The position numbers were made by a program, and so were the translations under genes. Of a stretch of 64,000 nt of DNA, positions 1 through 12,008 are shown one piece after another. Origin of the DNA: Octopus sinensis. Its lineage: Eukaryota. Every line of letters begins with the position of its first letter. Position 1 is the first letter of the stretch. The stretch lies in assembly GCF_006345805.1 (NCBI RefSeq), contig NC_043014.1, positions 33,728,001-33,792,000 on the forward strand, in the 5' to 3' direction. Below the pieces are notes generated by a model, which did no database searches, had not been told where the DNA came from, and saw nothing but the letters and a program-made list of their open reading frames with translations.

Positions 1-341
1 TGATTAAGTTTATCAACAATTTCATTAGTTGGAGCTAGTATAGCGCATTCAAATAACCAGTTAACATCAGTGTAATTGACAGATGAATAAGAAAAATTTT
101 ATCCATAAGATCCTTAAGAGAAAGTATTATTTGACCGCATGTAATTTCATGTAGTTGAAGTCTTAAGTTGAATGTTGTTATCCCATTACCAATCTTGAGA
201 AGCTTGTATGATCATCTTTTAGAAGTATTCTGATGTTGCTTGTAAGATTAAGTTTTTTCACGTTTCTCCTAAAGTACGATATTTTGAAGCATGCATTGAC
301 GTCATCATATATGTACACACGCACACACTCAGAGAAAGAGA

Positions 342-372
<31 letters not shown>

Positions 373-678
373 GTGTATACACACATATGTACATGTATGT
401 GCGTATGCGCAAGCGTGTGCGCGTGCGCACAAACAGCTGTTGTTTTACTATGTTGCTACTCGGAGTTTGTGCCACACGCGGTCGCTTGAGCGACACTGAG
501 ATGAATAAAGTTTTGTTTTTTTTCTCTCGTTTGTTTTTAAAACATACAGACAGACAGACGCATAGACAGGGACACGCACACACGCACACACGCACACACA
601 CACATATGTAGATACATATTTACACCACATCCTGTATATACGCATGCACAGCTATATAATTATGCTTACATATTATAC

Positions 679-749
<71 letters not shown>

Positions 750-808
750 TATACATATACATATATACATATATATATACATATATATATACATATATAT
801 ATATATAA

Positions 809-840
<32 letters not shown>

Positions 841-983
841 GTTATATATATATACATATATATATACATATATATATACATATATATATACATATATATA
901 TATACATATATATATATACATATATGTTATATGTTTAACTGTTATATATACATATATACATATAAATATGCGTGTGTATGTGT

Positions 984-1066
<83 letters not shown>

Positions 1067-1246
1067 CTGTATGTTCTGTACGCATCTGTAGGGGATGTTA
1101 ATTTTATTTATTTACTTTTTCTACAAAAAAATGCTTGGTAGGAGGGGGAGGTCGGAAATTTGATTCCGTAAATCTTGAGTTGACGTTTAAATAATCCCTT
1201 AATACACACACACGCACACACACACACACATACACACACACACGCA

Positions 1247-1289
<43 letters not shown>

Positions 1290-2128
1290 ACACACACGCA
1301 CGCACGCACGCACGCATACTCACACATACCAAATTCTCATCGACTAACCAAACTACAATTTTAACATATACACCACCAGGAACACCACTAATGCCACCAC
1401 CAGCAGCAACAACAACAACAACAACAACAACAACGGCAACGACCACAACATCATTATGAAGAGCCAACGGAAAGTCCTCTATGTAGGCCGTTTGTCCTGC
1501 TAGAAATAGCAACCAAATTTCTCTAGGCTTACACCTAACTGTTCTTGACCAACAAAAAGCCAATGTAGAAGCCAACGAAGAAACCTCAAGTGAATCTCGT
1601 GATATGTGAGAAATAGCAGCCAAAATATTCTGAAATCATACCTTATCTTCTTTGAAAAAAAAAAGGAAGAAAAGTTTGCATAATGCAGTACAGTATACAA
1701 AATGCTGTGGTGGCCATAGATGGACTGCTTTGTTCATAGCCCAACTCGATAGGTTTCTCCCGTAGCTAAACAATACTAACAACAAATGGAACACTTCCTC
1801 ATCGATATCATCGCAAAGCAGGCAACTGAGTCGGAACTTCGAAGTCACAGCCTACCTTTTCCTATAAAAATGTGATGTAATTAATGTTTGATAGTTTTTC
1901 AAACATATTATAACTATACATAAAATCATGTTAATTTGTTTTAGCTCTTTACTTGTTTCAGTCATTAGAGTGCGGCCATGCTGGGGCACTGATTTGAAGA
2001 ATTTTAGTCTAATGAATCGATCCCAGTTCTTTTATTTTCTTTCTTTCTTAAGCCTAATACTTATTCTATAAACTTCTTTTGCCGAGTCGCTAAGTTACGA
2101 GAACATTTATATTTATATGTATATTATA

Positions 2129-2159
<31 letters not shown>

Positions 2160-2332
2160 ACGTAAGGGGTATCAGCCATCTGAATGTGGCTAGGGACAGG
2201 GCGGGGTGGTGGGGTGTTACTGATGCTTTTAGCCCCAGGCGATCATCAACGTCACCAGAAGGACTGACACCATATTGGTGTCCTTGTTTGCCTGTAAAGG
2301 GAGGTTATCCTCCCTCGAAGATACTGATGCTA

Positions 2333-2375
2333 CATACGGACCGGTTTCGAGGTCATTGCCTCTTATCAACGCATG
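2333..2375 (-). ncRNA. Minimal type I hammerhead ribozyme (U3-A8 core variant), copy 1
   Basis: Minus strand reads CAUGCG-UUGAUAA-GAGG-caauga-CCUC-GAAA-CCGGUC-CGUAUG: 6-bp stem I, 4-bp stem II, palindromic ACCGGU stem III, GUC cleavage triplet (predicted cut between 2339 and 2338). Confidence 0.85.
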
Positions 2376-2692
2376 GTAAGCACCGTTCCTCGATGAAGGA
2401 TTCCCTCTACAGGCAACATATATAAGGTTTTTCACAGTAACTACTGTCACTGATGTAGAAAAACTGTCTGAAAACAATAATAAATCTCTGAACGAGATAT
2501 AAACAGTAACTGCTCGACAACGTAAGGGGGATCAGCCATCTGAATGTGGCTAGGGACAGGGCGGGGTGGTGGGGTAGTACTGATGCTTTTAGCCCCAGGC
2601 GATCATCAACGTCACCAGAAGGACTGACACCATATCGGTGTCCTTGTTTGCCTGTAAAGGGAGGTTATCCTCCCTCGAAGATACGGATGCTA

Positions 2693-2735
2693 CATACGGA
2701 CCGGTTTCGAGGTCATTGCCTCTTATCAACGCATG
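2693..2735 (-). ncRNA. Minimal type I hammerhead ribozyme (U3-A8 core variant), copy 2
   Basis: Identical to copy 1, 360 bp away; predicted cut between 2699 and 2698. Confidence 0.85.
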
Positions 2736-3023
2736 GTAAGCACCGTTCCTCGATGAAGGATTCCCTCTACAGGCAACATATATAAGGTTTTTCACAGTAA
2801 CTACTGTCACTGATCACATTCAGATGGCTGATCCCCCTTACGTTGTCGAGCAGTTACTGTTTATATCTCGTTCAGAGATTTATTATTGTTTTTATATATA
2901 TATATATATATATAATATATATAATATATATATATATACATGTGTTTGTGTGCATACGTGTGTGTGTACATATATACACATACATACATATACAAGATGC
3001 ATCCAGCCATCATCCAGCTAGCC

Positions 3024-3071
<48 letters not shown>

Positions 3072-3459
3072 TTTTACCAGCACCTTTAATGTAGTAAAAC
3101 AAGAAATTTTTAATTCAGTTTTATTACACCCTTAGTGATCATAACAATCATTATCTAAAAAAGTTTAATTAAATAAATTCTGGTTGTTAAAAATCAAGGG
3201 GAGACAATTCATAAATTTTAATTAAATAAAATTAATTTGACACTGACACCTGTGGACATATTTTAGCCTTATAAGATTTCAGCAAAGTATAGTCTGTCAG
3301 TTATTTAAGATCTTAATGACTAAAGAGAAATAGGCAGAATTTTTGTAAATGATCAAGGCTCACCTGCATGCGCTGTTTGATACTGCATCTAATTCCAAAT
3401 GACACAGTGATTGAACCCTTCTCCCTATCACCCCAAAATACCTTTAATACCACAGAATA

Positions 3460-3860
3460 GGCGCAGGAGTGGCTGTGTGGTAAGTAGCTTGCTTACCAAC
3501 CACATGGTTCCGGGTTCAGTCCCACTGCGTGGCATCTTGGGCAAGTGTCTTCTGCTATAGCCCCGGGCCGACCAATGCCTTGTGAGTGGATTTGGTAGAC
3601 GGAAACTGAAAGAAGCCTGTCGTATATATGTATGTGTGTATGTGTTTGTGTGTCTGTGTTTGTCCTCCTAGCATTGCTTCACAACCGATGCTGGTGTGTT
3701 TACGTCCCCGTCACTTAGCGGTTCGGCAAAAGAGACCAATACAATAAGTACTGGGCTTACAAAGAATAAGTCCCGGGTCGATTTGCTCGACTAAAGGTGG
3801 TGCTCCAGCATGGCCGCAGTCAAATGACTGAAACATGTAAAAAGAGTAAAGAGAAAGAGA
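3460..3860 (+). mobile_element. tRNA-headed SINE, family A (full length)
   Basis: Head ggcgcaggagtggctgtgtggtaag...gggttcagtccc (A/B-box-like), CORE-like ggcatcttgggcaagt, internal (TG)n and a taaaagag-type tail; many near-identical copies in the window. Confidence 0.85.
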
Positions 3861-4435
3861 ATAACATTGCAAAACCATCCTGAAATCTATGGAGCGTTTA
3901 CACAGACCCTCCTCATGCTAGAAGTTTCAGTTGAGGCTCTCTCAAATCACAAAACTGAGTTAAAGAAGGCTGTATCACCAATGCAGGTCCTAATAAACTT
4001 CTATCCTTTACTTGTTTCGGTCATTGCATTGCGGTCAAATATGTGTGTGTATGTGAGTGTGTGTGTGTGTGTGTGTTTGTGTGGTGTGTGTGTGTGTGTG
4101 TGTGTGTTGTGTGTGTGTGTGTGTTGTGTGTGTGTGCGTGCAATATTTTGGACTAATGAGTATATGGCAATTTGTGTGTTGATGTGTTGAGTAAAGCACT
4201 GGCACAGTTTGGACTACCTGGTGACATCTGTAGTTGAAGTATATGTCTGTTAGATCTATTTCAGGAATTCCGCAGTGTTAGTTGAGATAATAATCGATTA
4301 AGCAAACATATGGAATTGGTATAACTCTTTGATGCGACACAATTTGATGCACAAAATCCCATAGTCGCAAAATGGGTCGAAACGATCATCGTACCAAAAT
4401 AAAGAGTTGTACCAATTCCATTTCTGTATGTGTAT

Positions 4436-4484
<49 letters not shown>

Positions 4485-4496
4485 TATATATTATAT

Positions 4497-4755
4497 ATAG
4501 GGCTATAAACTACAGTAGCATCGTCCCATATGGCTCAGCCACATTTAAGTGGCAAATATACTTCACTTAATTCATAGTATTTTCCCATTATGCGCCAGTT
4601 TGACTGGGTAACATAGCAAGCAAGCAAGTAAGATACAATGTTACCCACTCAAACTGGCGCATAATGGGAAAATACTATGAATTAAGTGAAGTATATTTGT
4701 CACCTAAATATCGCTGACCCATGTGGGACGATGCTACTGTAGTTTATAGCCCTAT
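4497..4755. repeat. Long inverted repeat (118-bp arms, 23-bp spacer) abutting (TA)n
   Basis: 4497-4614 is the near-perfect reverse complement of 4638-4755. Confidence 0.9.
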
Positions 4756-6049
4756 CTCCTCCAGCTGGCTAAAGACACACGCTCAGAGATTTATAATTAC
4801 TATGAATTAAGTTTACCCTGAAATGTCAATACGAACGGAATGATACATGTTTTGCAAAAATCAGAGCAGTAGTTATTGAGATATTCGGGGTTTGGGTGTA
4901 TAAACACCCAAAACGGTGCATAATGGGAAAATGTTCCGAATATAACTTCATCCTGAAAGGGGAGAAATTCTAACCTTTTGATTAGACAGTAATTTGAGAA
5001 CGGAAATATAAGATTTTTTTTTTTTTACAATAAATATTTCTATTTTTGACTTTGTTAAACACAATCATTTAGAAATATTTTTATGTGAATATGATTTCAA
5101 AAATGTAAGTTGTTTGTACAGTAAGTATTTATATTTTAACTTTCTTTAATCAGAATATTTTAATGTTTTTAAAAATTATTTTCAATAATTTAAAAAAAAT
5201 ATTTTCCATAACAAAAAAATTGAGGGGCATATTTTAAAAATATTTCGAAGTAAAAGTGACTTTAAAAATACAGTAAATATTTCGTAAAAAACCTGTTCGT
5301 AACCTCATATATGTATGTAGTATGTATGTATGTATGTATGTATGTATGTATGTATGTATGTATGTATGCATGCATGCATACATGTATGTATGTAGTATGT
5401 ATGTATGTATGTATGTATGTATGTATGTATGCATGCATGCATGCATGTATGTATGTATGTATGTATGTATGTATGTATGTATGTATGTATGTATGTATAG
5501 TTCATAGATGAGATCCAGATATTTTCCGCAGAGAAGCCATTTAGTAGCGCTCAAAGGATTCTGACTTAGACTTCGATGTCTTTACAGGGGATCATTCCAC
5601 AAAGTAAAGAAAGGCTATAAGAGGGATCGAGTTGAGCGGGTATAGAGGCAATTATGCGGATAAACAAATTAGATACACGAAATACATTAAACATGTTACA
5701 TATATTAATTTGGGTACGAAATGCAAAATATGTCTATATGTATACATGCAAAACGAGGTAAAGCAAAAGGCGAAAACTTTCAGGTGATGAATTTTTAAGT
5801 ATGAATATACTGATATTTATATTAATAGGTCCAACTTACAAACGACAGAGAAAATTAAAAGGGTGAGAGAAAGGTGTTATAAGTTCAACAGCTGTTCCTG
5901 GGGCTCGGCGATCCATAATAATGTTGGTAGATTTAGTTCATCACAATATGCGACTTTATGGGTGCAATTAATATTGGTTTGGACAAGCCTCCGTCATCTT
6001 CCCTACCCAGACGACGGAGACTCGTTCTATCCAATGTTAATTGCATTGT

Positions 6050-6700
6050 GATGAACCAATCACAACCATCACCATTACCATCCTCCTCCTCCTCCTCCTC
6101 CTCCTCCTCCTTCTCCCCCTCCTTCTCCTCCTCCTCCTCCTCCTCTCCTCATCATCATCATCACTACCTCTACCATGCTCTGTAACTACCATGGCTACAT
6201 GCTGCCACCGCATCCGCCAATAACATCAACAACATCCTTACCACCATCATCACTACTACCAATACAGACCACCATTCTCACCACCACCACCATTATTACT
6301 CCACCATTACCATCATCACCACCACCGCCACCACTACAACCACCACAGCTATCACCACCACCACCGGCACCGTTGCCATCATTACCATTACCACCACCAC
6401 CGCCGCCGCCGCCACCATCGCCATTACCACCACCACTACCACCGCCAACGTCACTACCATCAACACTCCCACTCCCACCACCACTACTATCTCCACCACC
6501 ACCGCCGCCACCACCACCAACACCATCACCACAACCGCCATCACCTTTATCCCCACCACCACTGCCGCCAACAACACTCCCATCACCGCCACCAACACCA
6601 CCACCACCATCATCACAACCACTACGAACATTACGACGACGACGACCACCACCACCACCATCATCACCACCAGCCTATCATCGGAGTGTATATAATTCTT
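6050..6700. repeat. Degenerate (CCT)n/(CCA)n trinucleotide tract
   Basis: Visible ccT/ccA/acc repeats; source of the poly-Pro/poly-Val pseudo-ORFs. Confidence 0.85.
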
Positions 6701-7059
6701 CTCCCCCTTCCACCCCACCCGCACCCCTACATCTACCACACGGAGACTCCACAATGCGGTAGGTAATTGAAAATATCTATAGCAGAAGTCATTAGTCTGT
6801 TATTAGCCGTAAATAAATTGTTTCATTCTGAACAACAACAACAACAACAACAACAACAATAACGACCACGACGACGATAACGACGAAGACTATAAGAGCA
6901 ACACCCAATACACAAAAGAAAAAAGCGGTATGCAATCAACAACAACAAAACTACCGCCTTCAGCAGCACCAACACCAACAACAACACTACAATACCCATA
7001 ATATGATGGCCAAAACAAATGTCTCTCAAATGAAATAATAGAAGAGGGCAACGTTTATG

Positions 7060-7230
7060 GCGGTAGTGGTGGTGGTGGTGGATGATAGCAATGATGGTCT
7101 TGATGGTGATGACGATGGTGGTGATGGTGATGATGGTGATGATGATGATGATGATGATGACGACGATGGTGATGATGGTAATGACGACGACGATGATGAT
7201 GATGATGATGAAGATGATGGTAATGACGAC

Positions 7231-7261
<31 letters not shown>

Positions 7262-7270
7262 GTGATGATG
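7060..7270. repeat. (GAT/GGT)n trinucleotide tract
   Basis: Visible repeat; gives poly-Asp/poly-Met pseudo-ORFs. Confidence 0.9.
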
Positions 7271-7590
7271 TCCGCGATAATTGCCTTGCTTATGGTTGCG
7301 ACGTTAGTAACAAGAAAACAGCGTGGGTTTTTGCGAAGATATAAAAATAGGAAAGTAAAGGAAGAAGAAATGACGAACCAATGTAAAAGGAAATGGGAAG
7401 CGTATGAAGAAAACAGAACAAGAAAAAAATCCAGTTCCCACCACGACCACCACTACCACCATTTATTTTTTTACATCTTGAGGTTGATTGACAATAAATG
7501 TCCCATCAGGTCTTCAGTTTCGATTCCTCACTGTAACCTTTCACTAGGCCTCCGTTGTAATTGCTTGATCTCGAGAAGGGCCCGACTACC

Positions 7591-8010
7591 TCTTTCTTAT
7601 TAACCACAAGGGGCTAAAAACACAGAGAGGACAAACAAGGACAGACAAAGGTATTAAGTCGATTACATCGACCTCAGTGCATAACTGGTACTTAATTTAT
7701 TGACCCCGAAAGGATGAAAAGGCAAAGTCGACCTCGGCGGAATTTGAACTCAGAACGTAACGGCAGCCGAAATACCTATTTCTTTACTACCCACAAGGGG
7801 CTAAACACAGAGAGGACAAACAAGGACAGACAAACGGATTAAGTCGATTATATCGACCCCAGTGCGTAACTGGTACTTAATTTATTGACCCCGAAAGGAT
7901 GAAAGGCAAAGTCGACCTCGGCGGAATTTGAACTCAGAACGCAGCGGCGGACGAAATACCGCAAAGCTTTTCGCCCAGCGTACTAACGTTTCTGCCAGCT
8001 CGCCGCCTTC
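7591..8010 (-). mobile_element. SINE family B, head plus two tandem body units, with about 15-bp TSD
   Basis: Shared body gtcgactttgcctttcatcctttcggggtc (minus strand); flanks aagggcccgactacc (7576-7590) and aagggatcgactacc (8011-8025). Confidence 0.85.
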
Positions 8011-8519
8011 AAGGGATCGACTACCACCACAATTTTCTAATCACTCCCTCAATCATCCTGATAGGACTGAATTGTCGTGCTGCGTATTAAAGGAGAGTAA
8101 AGAGCCCGGTGAGTGGTAGTGGGTTGGATAGCTAAAACAGTTCAACGATCTTTTTATAATGTAGGAGCTTGATTTAATTATATACACCCGGGCTGTGACT
8201 TGTGCTACTTCAATATTTCTCTCCCTTTCTCCTGTCGCTCTCCTTTTCACTGTGCAAAATGTTAATTCGCAAAGAATCTGGAAAAGTGTAGTGGTGGTGG
8301 TGGTGAGTGGTAGTAAAAGAAAGATTGGAAAAATATGTGTGACGTCAAAGTCTGTTTAACTTCTTCTTTCGTTCTCTCTTTGATCTCTCTTTCGCTTTCT
8401 CTTCGGAATCATGGAATAGAGAGAGAGAATGAGAGAGAGGGTGGGAGAGATCAAGAATTTGAGACACAAATGAAGAAAGAGGGACATACATAGTGATAGT
8501 GAGAAGAGTAATATTGGTT

Positions 8520-9242
8520 ATCGACCCCGAAAGGATAAAAGGTAAAGTCAACCTCCGTGGAATTTGAACTCAGAATGTAAAGACCGACGAAATGCAGATG
8601 AGCATTTTGCCCGGCGTGCTAACGATTCTGCCAGATCGGCACCTTAGGAAAAAGAGGAATAGCGATTTCAAATTTTGGTAGAAGGCTAGCAATTTCAGCG
8701 GACAGGTGAATCGATTACATCGACCCCAGCACTCAACTGCTACTTATTTTAGCGACCATGAAAGGATGACAGGCAAAATCGACCACGGAGGAATTTGAAC
8801 ACGGAACGTAAACAAACGAAATACCGCTAAGCATTTCGTCCAGCGTGCTAGTGATCCTTTTCTACTCTAGGCACAAGGCCTGAAATTTTGGGTGTGGGGG
8901 ACCAGTCGATTACATCGACCACAGTACGCAACTGGTACTTAATTTATCGACTCCGAAAGGATGAAAGGCAAAGTCGACCTCAGCGGAATTTGAACTCAGA
9001 ACATAAAGACAGACGAAATACCTATTTCTTTACTACCCACAAGGGGCTAAACACAGAGAGGACAAACAAGGACAGACAAACGGATTAAGTCGATAATATC
9101 GACCCCAGTGCGTAACTGGTACTTATTTAATCGACCCCGAAAGGATGAAAGGCAAAGTCGACCTCAGCGGAATTTGAGCTCAGATCGTAACGGCTAAGCA
9201 TTTCATCCGGCGCGCTAACGTTTCTGCCAGCTCGCCGCCTTA
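8520..9242 (-). mobile_element. Cluster of tandem/nested SINE family B copies
   Basis: Four occurrences of the cgaccccgaaaggatgaaaggcaaagtcgacctc-type core. Confidence 0.8.
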
Positions 9243-9614
9243 GAAAGAAGAGTAATGCCTTTGGTTCGTTTACATTTGTATCGCTGTCTTCTGTAGAAGC
9301 TTTTTAAAACAACTACTGGATTCCTACGTTTTGAAGTTTTAGAAATAGCATCCAAATCCTCGTTTAATTACCCCTTCTGTCTAATAGAGACATTGCATCG
9401 ATTTTCAGGAACTTATCTTTCCGGATTGCCAAATCTTCCGAACCAGAAATGGTTACCTTGGTCTCTAAATTAAACAATTATGAATTTACGTAAATGTACG
9501 AAACACATATGTCTGTACATTAATATAAATGATACACGCTTATTAACACTGTACTATGCAAAGTACCAGTACACTACTAGAACTTGACGTTCCTGCTCGT
9601 AATTTCTTTTTGCA

Positions 9615-9913
9615 CCCTTTTAAAGTTTAGCCAAGCTCATGGGCCCGGTATCCTGGTTTCTAATGCGTATGTGATCCCCCCAGCTGGACGGGATGCCACT
9701 CCATCACAACATTACTAAAGAAACAAGAAGAAAGAGTGAGAGAAAGTTGGGGCGAAAGAGTACAACAGGGGTCGCCACCACACCCTGCCGGAGCCTCGTG
9801 GAGCTTTAGGTGTTTTCGCTCAATAAACACACACAACGCCCGGTCTGGGAATCTACCCCGGATCCTCCGACCGCGAGTCTGCTGCCCCAACTACAGGGCC
9901 ATTGCGCCTCCAC
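9615..9913 (-). mobile_element. tRNA-headed SINE, family C
   Basis: Minus-strand head ggaggcgcaatggccc...gactcgcggtcggaggat; homologous to 32783-33075 (+) and 35500-35780 (-). Confidence 0.8.
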
Positions 9914-10124
9914 ATGCTCGTAAATTAGTGTCTGGGAAATCGCTATTATACCTGTATATGTATATTTTAGAAATGAGCCAACATGGGAGTCTTTACATGT
10001 CTCAGCATGTAAGAAGTAACAACGAAATCTGTTAATATGTATGCATGAGCCAACAAGGGGACCTCTACATTGAAGTTGGACTTGGTAGAAATAGCAGCTA
10101 AATTTCCCTGTCTAACGTATTCAT

Positions 10125-10535
10125 TTATTCTTTTACATGTTTCAGTCATTTGACTGCGATCATGCTGGAGCATCACCTTGAACATCTTTTAGTCGAATGA
10201 ATTGTTTCCAGTACTTATTTTTTAAAGCTTGGTATTTATTCTATCGGTCTCTTATGCCGAACCGCTAACTTACAGGGACGTCAACACACCAACACCGGCT
10301 GCCAAGCGTTGATGGGGGCACAAACACAGACACAAAGATATACACGCACAAATATATATATATATATAACCGACAGGCTTCTTTCAGTTTCTGTTTACCA
10401 AATTCACTCACAAGGCTTTGGACGGCCCGAGGTAATTGCAGAAGACACTTGCCCAAGGTGACACGCAGTAGGACTGACCCCGGACCTATGTGGTTGGGAA
10501 GCAAATTTCTTACCACACAGCCACGCCTGCGCCTA
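10125..10535 (-). mobile_element. SINE family A
   Basis: Reverse-complement similarity to 3460-3860. Confidence 0.8.
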
Positions 10536-12008
10536 TGCATAGATAGATGAGCCAACGAGTGAGACTTACATGGTGGTTAGACTTGATAGAAATAGCAAAT
10601 AAATCTCCTTCAAATCACACCTTGCGTGTATATATATATATGTGTATGTGTGCGTGTACGTACGTATGTATGCATGCATGCATGTATGTATGTATGTATG
10701 TATGTATGTATGTATGTATGTATGTATGTATGTATGTATGTATGAGCCAAGAAAAGAAACTTTTAAATGGTAGCTCAACCTGCAAGAAATAACAACCAAA
10801 ATGTTCCCCAATCACATCGTACTGACTACTGTTTGGATATATATGTTTGCATAGGCCAGCGTAAAAGCCTCTATATGTAATTGCAACCAGCTAGAATTAG
10901 CAACCAAATTTCTTTTAAACCACATCCTGCTGGCAAATACATTTAAACGTGTATGTGTCAAAAAGAGAGTCCATCACATGGCAAATAGACCTGATAGATT
11001 AAAAAAAAAAGCAGCTAAATCGTGATCAACCCATAAACTAGATTTTCCTAAATTCTCCATCAAATATGTCATACCCCATATCCTGGTTGTCGCAGTTATA
11101 TTAGGACAATTTTACTGTATACAATAATTTTACTATCAGAATTTCACTGCAACCAACAGGTTTTCAATTTTTATTGAAAAGGCTTCCATTTCTTGTCAGC
11201 CTCATCTTTGCTATGGTCATCGATCCATCTCAAGAGCAATTATTTTAAAAGGTGTTGGACTGAACCTGGTGAATAAAATCAATAAAGCACCTCGGGGTAA
11301 AACCAAGAATATTGTTTACTCTGAGGTTTTAGACAGCACAAGTGAATAAGAAATTTATCCTACTTCAGTGATAATAGACAGAGCGGCTCCGGCAGAAGGT
11401 AATAGCGAACTTCTGCTGACTCTTTCGCTACAACTTTATTTCACTCATTCCTCCTGCATCTTGCAGCTCGCCTACGACGGACCGGCGTCCCGTCCAGGTG
11501 GGGAACCTATACGCCAAGGAAACCGGGAAACCGGCCCTATGAGCCAGACGTGGCTCGAGAAGGAACAAGCAACAACAACAACAACAACAACAACATATAC
11601 ATATATTCACACGCGCACACGCACGCACATACTTTTGATTTTATCAATTCGCCAAAAATGCGTGAAATATCAGGTACAGTCTCTGAAATTGCGAGCTTCT
11701 GTACAATTTCTTTCAACCTAATTTCATTGAAAAGTCTAAGCTCAATCCGAGGTGATGGTGGCAGAAGCTACTTGTCCAGAGTTCTACTATGGTCGTGGGT
11801 GTCGAACACAGTACCAAGATATAGCCTAGCGAAGATCTTAACCAAGCGGCCATATCAGAAAAGCAACAAATAGAGAGGTGAGGTAGAGCAGAGAACGTTG
11901 TAATAACTACAGAAAGAAACTGAGAGAGGACACAACAGCATAGCTGGAGTGAAGGACGACGCTTTTAGGGGGACAGCACATTTGAGCCTGCTGTATAACT
12001 GTGTATAA

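Larger units (their letters stand above)
2159..2892 (-). mobile_element. Non-autonomous Penelope-like/retrozyme-like element: about 1.8 tandem copies of a 360-bp unit plus an inverted partial copy, flanked by (TA)n
   Basis: 2159-2454 is repeated almost identically at 2519-2814 (period exactly 360). 2815-2892 is the reverse complement of about 2471-2548. Each unit carries a hammerhead motif on the minus strand. Confidence 0.75.

Noticed and set aside
666-1141. YIYI-, CVCV-, HTHT- and MYVC-rich ORFs here and throughout the window
   Set aside because: Stop-free translations of di- and tetranucleotide microsatellites.
5880-5950. Possible hammerhead (minus strand GUGAUGA...GGAACAGCUGUU)
   Set aside because: Both core halves are mismatched and there is no convincing stem I or II.
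6175-6762. 195-aa proline-rich extensin/formin-like ORF
   Set aside because: Degenerate (CCA)n tract open in several frames, with no recognisable motif, unlike the 28427 exon.
7057-7603. Poly-Asp and poly-Met ORFs
   Set aside because: (GAT)n microsatellite.
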